Origin: Candidatus Binatia bacterium
Lineage (GTDB): Bacteria; Desulfobacterota; Binatia; UBA9968; JAJDTQ01
Assembly: GCA_963666515.2 (NCBI GenBank)
Contig: OY762897.2
Span: 864,001 to 928,000, forward strand
Length of the DNA: 64,000 bases
Reading direction: 5' to 3'
Of this stretch, positions 58,845 through 64,000 are shown piece after piece; position 1 is the first letter of the stretch; each line of letters begins with the position of its first letter. The translations under genes and the position numbers were made by a program. The notes beneath the pieces are model-generated. The model was not told where the DNA came from and did not search any database. It worked only from the letters and a program-made list of their open reading frames with translations.

Positions 58845-60564
58845 GCCCGTCATCGACCCTGTAACTCTCGAGGTGATCTGGAACCGGCTCCTGTCGGTGG
58901 CCAACGAGCAGCAGGACGCGCTCATGCGCACGGCGTTCAGCACCATCGTGCGGGAGAGCCAGGACTTGGCCTGCGGCCTGTTCGACACCCAGGGACGCAT
59001 GGTGGCCCAGTCGGTCAGCGGCACGCCCGGACACATCAACGCCATGGCCACGTCCATGGGGCATTTCCTGCGGGAGTTCCCCGCGGAAACCCTGGTTCCG
59101 GGAGACGTGCTCATCACCAACGACCCGTGGCAGACCGCGGGACACGTCAACGACATCACCATCACCACGCCGATCTTCCGGTCCGGTCAGCTCGTGGCGT
59201 TTTTCGCCAACACCTGCCACGCCGCGGACATCGGCGGACGCATCCTTTCCGCGGAAGCGCGCGAGGTCTACGAAGAGGGCCTGCGTATCCCCATCATGAA
59301 GCTGTTCCACGGGGGCGAGCCCGATCCCATCCTGCTCAAGATGATCCGCGCCAACGTCCGCCTTCCCCACGAGGTGGTGAGCGACTTCTACGCCCAGTCG
59401 GCGTGCAACGACGCCGGCGGCCGGGCGCTCATCGAGACCATGGACGAGTTCGGCCTCGACAGCTTCGATCCCGTAGCCGAGGAGATCATCAGCCGCTCGG
59501 AGAAGGCCGTGCGCGCGGCCATCGCCGAGCTGGAAGACGGCGAGTGGGAAGGGGAGACCTGGAGCGACGGCTTCGAGGAGCCGATCCACATCAAGACGAA
59601 GCTCGCGGTGCGCGGCGACGAGATCTTCATCGACTTCACCGGCTCCTCGCCCCAGAGCCATCGCGGCATCAACGTGGTGATGAACTACACCCACGCCTAC
59701 GCCAGCTTCGCGGCCAAGGCGGCCATCTACCCCGACGTGCCCCACAACGAGGGCAGCTTCCGGCCGGTGCACGTGAGCGCGCCGGCGGGCTCCATCCTGA
59801 ACGCCAACGAGCCCGCGCCGGTAGCGGCGCGGCAGACCGTGGGCCACTTCGTGCCCACCGCGGTCTTCACCGCGCTGGCCAAGGCGCTGCCCGGAAAGCT
59901 CATGGCGCCGAGCGCGGACCCCATCTGGCTCAGCGTGTGGCGCGGCCAGGACCCGGCGTTCAACCTGACGGTCTTCCAGGTGGGCGGCACCGGCGCCCGG
60001 CCCACCAAGGACGGGCTCAGCGCGGTGGGGTTCCCCAGCGGCGTGGCCGGCGTGCCCGCGGAGGTCATCGAGAGCCTTTCGCCGCTGGTGATGCGCCGGC
60101 GCGAGCTGCGGGTGGATTCCGGCGGCGCCGGCACCTGGCGCGGCGGCCTGGGCCAGTTCACCGAGTTCGCCAACCGCGCCCATGGACAGTGGAGCGTCAA
60201 CGGCATCCTCGACCGCACCCGCTACGCCGCCCCCGGCATCATGGGCGGCGGCCCGGGCCTCCCCGGCGAGTTCATCCTCGACGGCGGCGAGCGCCCTAAC
60301 CCCAAGGCCCAGACCCACCTGGGCGGGGACCGCAGCGTCCAGTTGAACCACCCCGGAGGGGGCGGCTACGGCGAACCTTTCCAGCGCGACCCCGAACGCG
60401 TCCGCGACGACGTCGTCTACGGCTACATCAGCCCGGAGGCTGCCGAGCGGGAATACGGCGTGGTGGTGCGCTTCACCGGCCGCGATGACGAGAAGGTGCG
60501 TCTGCCCGATCAGTGGGTCATCGACGATGCCGCCACGAAAGGGTTGCGGGAGGAACGGAGTTGA
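58837..60564 (+). CDS. Hydantoinase B/oxoprolinase family subunit
   Basis: RTAFSTIVRES.D, GDV.ITNDP, H.ND, H.ADIGG, EEG..IP, PGGGGYG.P. Confidence 0.95.
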   Translation: MSKPVIDPVTLEVIWNRLLSVANEQQDALMRTAFSTIVRESQDLACGLFDTQGRMVAQSVSGTPGHINAMATSMGHFLREFPAETLVPGDVLITNDPWQTAGHVNDITITTPIFRSGQLVAFFANTCHAADIGGRILSAEAREVYEEGLRIPIMKLFHGGEPDPILLKMIRANVRLPHEVVSDFYAQSACNDAGGRALIETMDEFGLDSFDPVAEEIISRSEKAVRAAIAELEDGEWEGETWSDGFEEPIHIKTKLAVRGDEIFIDFTGSSPQSHRGINVVMNYTHAYASFAAKAAIYPDVPHNEGSFRPVHVSAPAGSILNANEPAPVAARQTVGHFVPTAVFTALAKALPGKLMAPSADPIWLSVWRGQDPAFNLTVFQVGGTGARPTKDGLSAVGFPSGVAGVPAEVIESLSPLVMRRRELRVDSGGAGTWRGGLGQFTEFANRAHGQWSVNGILDRTRYAAPGIMGGGPGLPGEFILDGGERPNPKAQTHLGGDRSVQLNHPGGGGYGEPFQRDPERVRDDVVYGYISPEAAEREYGVVVRFTGRDDEKVRLPDQWVIDDAATKGLREERS

Positions 60565-60597
60565 CAATCGGATTGAAAATCCGCCAATGCCCGAACC

Positions 60598-60760
60598 CGT
60601 CATTCCGGCGAAAGCCGGAATCCAGGCGGGGCGGGGAATCGCTGCCGTCGGCCCCTCCCACCCCCTGGATTCCGGCTTTCGCCGGAATGACGATTCGAGT
60701 GTCGTCGCCTTTCTGCACGCAGGACGGAGTTTTGGCACAGCCTGTTTCGCGGGAATGACG
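60598..60760. repeat. REP doublet (perfect 29-bp inverted pair) plus a partial third unit
   Basis: CGTCATTCCGGCGAAAGCCGGAATCCAGG (60598-60626) and its exact reverse complement (60664-60692); a partial unit ending TTCGCGGGAATGACG at 60760. Confidence 0.88.
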
Positions 60761-60841
60761 GAGGAGTCGCGGAAACCGGAAGCGGAACAGTGGTCATCCG
60801 GAAAGTTCGGTAGTGGTTATGGCGGATTGGATTTCGTCGGC

Positions 60842-61609
60842 ATGAAACTCGAGGAATGCATCGCACTCATCACCGGGGCAGCCACCGGCATCGGCAGGGC
60901 CACGGTTCTGGAGCTTGCTCGCGCCGGTGCCGCCGGCATCGCCATCAACTACCGTTCGGCCAGGGAGCAGGCGGAGAGCTTGGCGGAGGAGGTGCGGGAG
61001 CTGGGTGTGGAGGCCCTCTGCGTGCACGGCGACGTCCGGGACGACGGCCACGTGCGCGACATGGTCCGGCAGACGGTGGAGCGGTTCGGGCGCCTGGACA
61101 TCCTCGTGAACAACGCCGGCATCACTCGCTGGGTGCCGATAACGGACATGGAGGCGCTCACGGACGAGATATGGGACATGACCCTGGACGTCAACGTCAA
61201 GGGCGCGTACCGTTGCGCCCGCGCCGCGGCGCCGCACCTGAAGGCCGCCGGCGGGATGATCATCAACGTGTCGTCCATCTCCGGCGTCATCGCGCCCTCC
61301 ACCATGTCGTCGCTCGCCTACGGCACCGCCAAGGCCGGGCTCATCTACCTGACCCGCGGACTCGCCGTGGCCTTGGGCCCCGAGATCCGGGTCAACGCAG
61401 TGGCGCCGGCGTTCACCGACACCCAGTGGATGCGCGACCACTACGGCGCGGACTACGACGGCATCATCGAACGCGCCTCCGCCAACTACCCGCTCAAGCG
61501 CATTGCCAAGCCGGAGGAGGTGGCGGGCGCGGTCCTGGGCCTCATCACCGGCGGCGATTTCGTCACCGGCCAGACCCTGCTGGTGGACGGTGGCCTGAGC
61601 CTGAGCTAG
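60842..61609 (+). CDS. Short-chain dehydrogenase/reductase (SDR)
   Basis: TGAATGIG, NNAG, YGTAK, VNAVAP, TGQTL.VDGG. Confidence 0.94.
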   Translation: MKLEECIALITGAATGIGRATVLELARAGAAGIAINYRSAREQAESLAEEVRELGVEALCVHGDVRDDGHVRDMVRQTVERFGRLDILVNNAGITRWVPITDMEALTDEIWDMTLDVNVKGAYRCARAAAPHLKAAGGMIINVSSISGVIAPSTMSSLAYGTAKAGLIYLTRGLAVALGPEIRVNAVAPAFTDTQWMRDHYGADYDGIIERASANYPLKRIAKPEEVAGAVLGLITGGDFVTGQTLLVDGGLSLS

Positions 61610-61652
61610 CGCGCCCTTCCTCCGAATCCGCCGCACGCGAGAGAGACCTTCC

Positions 61653-62297
61653 ATGACCAAGACGGAGTTGATGACGGCCATGCAGGCGCACCGCCTGGTG
61701 GCGGTGATTCGTTCCAGGACCGCGGAAGAAGCGCTGGCCACCGCCAGGGCGGTGGGCGAGGCCGGCATCCGGTTCGTGGAAGTGACTTTCAGCGTGCCCG
61801 GCGCCGCCGAGGTGATTCGCACGCTGGCCGGGGAAGGCCAGGTGCACGTGGGCGCCGGCACCGTGCTTTCCGAGGAGCAGGCGCGCACGGGCATCGAGGC
61901 AGGCGCGCGGTTCATCGTCTCGCCCAGCCTGGAGCTGGACCTCGTGCCGCTCTGCCGTGAGGCCGGTGTGGCGTCCATCCCCGCGGGAGCGACGCCCACC
62001 GAGGTGGTCCGGGCGATCCGCGCCGGCGCCGACCTGGTGAAGATATTTCCCGCGGACTGCGTGGGCGGGCCGCACTTCATCCGCCAGATGCTGGGCCCGT
62101 TCCCGGATGCCCGCTTCATGGTCTCGGGCGGCGTCAACAAGGACAACGTGTCGGAGTACGTCACCCTGGGGGTGACGGGCATCGTGCTGGGCAGCGCCTT
62201 CCTGGCGGACGTGCTGGCCCGGGAAGGTCACGACGGGCTTGTGACGAAGGCGGGGGAGTTCGTGGCGTTGGTGGAGGAGGCGTTCGCGAGACTGTAG
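61653..62297 (+). CDS. eda: KDPG/KHG aldolase family protein
   Basis: VAVIR, EVT, GAGTV, F.VSP, TPTE, K.FPA, GGV. Confidence 0.9.
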   Translation: MTKTELMTAMQAHRLVAVIRSRTAEEALATARAVGEAGIRFVEVTFSVPGAAEVIRTLAGEGQVHVGAGTVLSEEQARTGIEAGARFIVSPSLELDLVPLCREAGVASIPAGATPTEVVRAIRAGADLVKIFPADCVGGPHFIRQMLGPFPDARFMVSGGVNKDNVSEYVTLGVTGIVLGSAFLADVLAREGHDGLVTKAGEFVALVEEAFARL

Positions 62298-62300
62298 AAA

Positions 62301-62352
62301 CGTCGTCCCGGACCCCGGGTCAGGCCCGGAGCAAGCTTGATCCGGGACCTGG
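62301..62352. repeat. Degenerate composite CGTC-class REP-like element
   Basis: CGTCGTCCCGGAC...CTTGATCCGGGACCTGG with an internal GACCCCGGGTCAGGCCCGG half-unit related to the copies at 1038 and 51244. Confidence 0.5.
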
Positions 62353-62387
62353 AGGAGGGGCCGCGAAAAGGTGATTTCGGGGGAATC

Positions 62388-63377
62388 ATGGCGAATATCG
62401 AACTGACGCTGGCATGTGAGGACTACGACCGCACCCGTGCGCTCAGGGACGGGCTGGTGAAGCCCGAGGGCATCGACCTCAACTACGTGGCGCTGCCGGT
62501 GGAGGAGATATTCTGGCGCATGCTCCATTTCCAGGAGTTCGACGCCGCCGAGATGTCCATGGGCGCGTACCACGTCGATGCCTCCCGCGGCCATCGTCCG
62601 TTCATCGCCATTCCGGTGTTCCCCTCCCGCATGTTCCGGCACCGCTGCATCTTCGTGAACACCGCTTCCGGCATCGAGAAGCCCGAGGACCTCAAGGGCC
62701 GGCGCGTGGGCGTGCCGGAGTACACCATGACGGCGTCGGTGTGGGTGCGCGGCATGTTGCAGCACGACTTCGGCGTCGAGGCCAGGGACGTCCACTGGAT
62801 CCAGGGCGGGGTGGAGCAGCCGGGACGCAAGGACCGCGTGCCCTTCGACGCCCCGGACGGGGTGGAGATCGACACCGAGGAGGAGCGGACCCTCGACGAC
62901 ATGCTGGAGAAGGGCGACATCGACGCGCTGGTGTCGGCGCGCATGCCTTCGTGCTTCGTGCGGCGCGCGCCCGGCATCACCCGCCTCTTCAGGGATTGCC
63001 GCGCCGCGGAGATGGACTATTTCCGCCGCACCGGTCTGTTCCCCATCATGCACTGCATCGTGGTGCGCCGGGAGATCTACGAGGCGCACCCGTGGGTGAC
63101 CCAGAACCTCTACAAGGCGTTCTGCCAGGCCAAGGACCTGTGCGTGTCGCAGATCTACGACACCAACGTGCTGCGCACGCACAACCTCTGGTATCTGTTC
63201 GAGTACGAGGAGACGGTGGATCTCATGGGCGAGGACTACTGGCCCTACGGCTTCGAGAGCAACCGCAAGACCCTGGAGACCTTCCACTCCTACCTGTTGG
63301 AGCAGGGCGTGATCAAGAACCCCGTGGACCTGGAGAGCCTGTACGCGTCCAACACCCGCGAAGCGTTCAAGATATAG
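62388..63377 (+). CDS. Periplasmic-binding-protein-fold protein, 4,5-dihydroxyphthalate decarboxylase-like
   Basis: LTLAC.DYDRT.AL, FD.AEMS, PVFPSR.FRH, EY.MTA.VW.RG.L, FPIMH, WPYG...NR; no signal peptide. Confidence 0.85.
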   Translation: MANIELTLACEDYDRTRALRDGLVKPEGIDLNYVALPVEEIFWRMLHFQEFDAAEMSMGAYHVDASRGHRPFIAIPVFPSRMFRHRCIFVNTASGIEKPEDLKGRRVGVPEYTMTASVWVRGMLQHDFGVEARDVHWIQGGVEQPGRKDRVPFDAPDGVEIDTEEERTLDDMLEKGDIDALVSARMPSCFVRRAPGITRLFRDCRAAEMDYFRRTGLFPIMHCIVVRREIYEAHPWVTQNLYKAFCQAKDLCVSQIYDTNVLRTHNLWYLFEYEETVDLMGEDYWPYGFESNRKTLETFHSYLLEQGVIKNPVDLESLYASNTREAFKI

Positions 63378-63380
63378 GGA

Positions 63381-64000
63381 TCATTGGAAGGGGACGCCGT
63401 AGGACGGCCGGACCCGGAAGTAGTCGCTGACGTACTCGTTGGCGGGGTGGCGCATCAGGCTCTCGGCGGTCCCCACCTGCTCCAGCCGGCCCTCGTGCAT
63501 CAGCGCGATGCGGTCCGCCAGCTCCAGGGCGTCCTCCAGGTTGTGGGTGACGAGAAGGGTGGTGAGGCGCTGCTCCTTGTGAAACGCGCGGATCTCGGCG
63601 CGGACCCGGCGGCGGTTGGGCGGGTCCAGGTTGCTGAGGGGTTCGTCCATGAGCATGATCTGCGGGTAGGTGGTCATGGCACGGGCCAGGGCCACGCGCT
63701 GCTGCTGGCCCGCGGAAAGCTCCGGGGGCTTGCGTTCGAACAGCCGCTCCTCGATGTTGAGGGCCTTGGCCAGCGGCCGAATGAGTTCGCGGATGGCGCC
63801 CACGGACCATTTCCGGATGCGTAGCGGCAGCGTCAGGTTGGCGTACTTGCGGTCGTCGAAGACGCGCATGTGCGGCCACAGCGCGTAGCTCTGGAAGATG
63901 AGCTGCACGTCCCGGCGGCCGGGCGGCACGTCGTTCACCGGCACCCCGCCGATGAGGACCTCGCCGGTGTCCGGGGTCTCCAGCCCGGCGATGATGCGCA
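63381..64000 (-). CDS. ABC importer ATP-binding subunit (MalK/PotA-like), 5'-partial
   Basis: RIIAGLE, FQSYALWPHM, LSAGQQQRVALARA, MDEPLSNLD; open to the window edge. Confidence 0.9.
   Translation of the reverse strand, partial: RIIAGLETPDTGEVLIGGVPVNDVPPGRRDVQLIFQSYALWPHMRVFDDRKYANLTLPLRIRKWSVGAIRELIRPLAKALNIEERLFERKPPELSAGQQQRVALARAMTTYPQIMLMDEPLSNLDPPNRRRVRAEIRAFHKEQRLTTLLVTHNLEDALELADRIALMHEGRLEQVGTAESLMRHPANEYVSDYFRVRPSYGVPFQ

Noticed and set aside
60598-60760. Palindromic repeats as a CRISPR array or as an N-terminal extension of the SDR (VIPAKAGIQ)
   Set aside because: The units are inverted, not direct with spacers, which is typical of a REP doublet; the SDR starts at 60842.

Overview
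High-GC bacterial chromosomal window of about 58 genes. The first gene (alpha-hydroxy-acid oxidase) and the last (ABC ATPase) run off the edges. The gene content (many LLM, amidohydrolase, hydantoinase and racemase-type catabolic genes, an Rpn nuclease, a TMTC-like TPR protein and stacked toxin-antitoxin modules) suggests an uncultured deltaproteobacterial/Binatia-like lineage; this is inference only. Core blocks are thrC, ald divergent from folD-gcvTHP-tatA, and a SAM-I-riboswitch-led moeB / thrC-like / sulfur-carrier / cysteine-synthase operon. Accessory patches are DUF2513 with a Phd-PIN TA pair, AbiEi/AbiEii with a truncated higB and higA, and an OLD-family nuclease disrupted by an IS1380 that itself carries an IS4 (both with intact IRs and TSDs), next to an IS1595 relic and mazEF. 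The most notable signals are: a UGA-readthrough (selenocysteine, UxxC) redoxin with a SECIS-like hairpin that the ORF track splits in two; an orphan EutA-like ATPase coupled to a bicupin with no B12 lyase in the window; an apparent single sulfur carrier serving two PLP synthases under SAM control; an Rpn gene-within-gene start; and an uncharacterised lipoprotein plus large secreted TPR protein pair. No tRNA, rRNA or CRISPR array was seen. All calls come from reading the sequence and motifs; no database searches were run.
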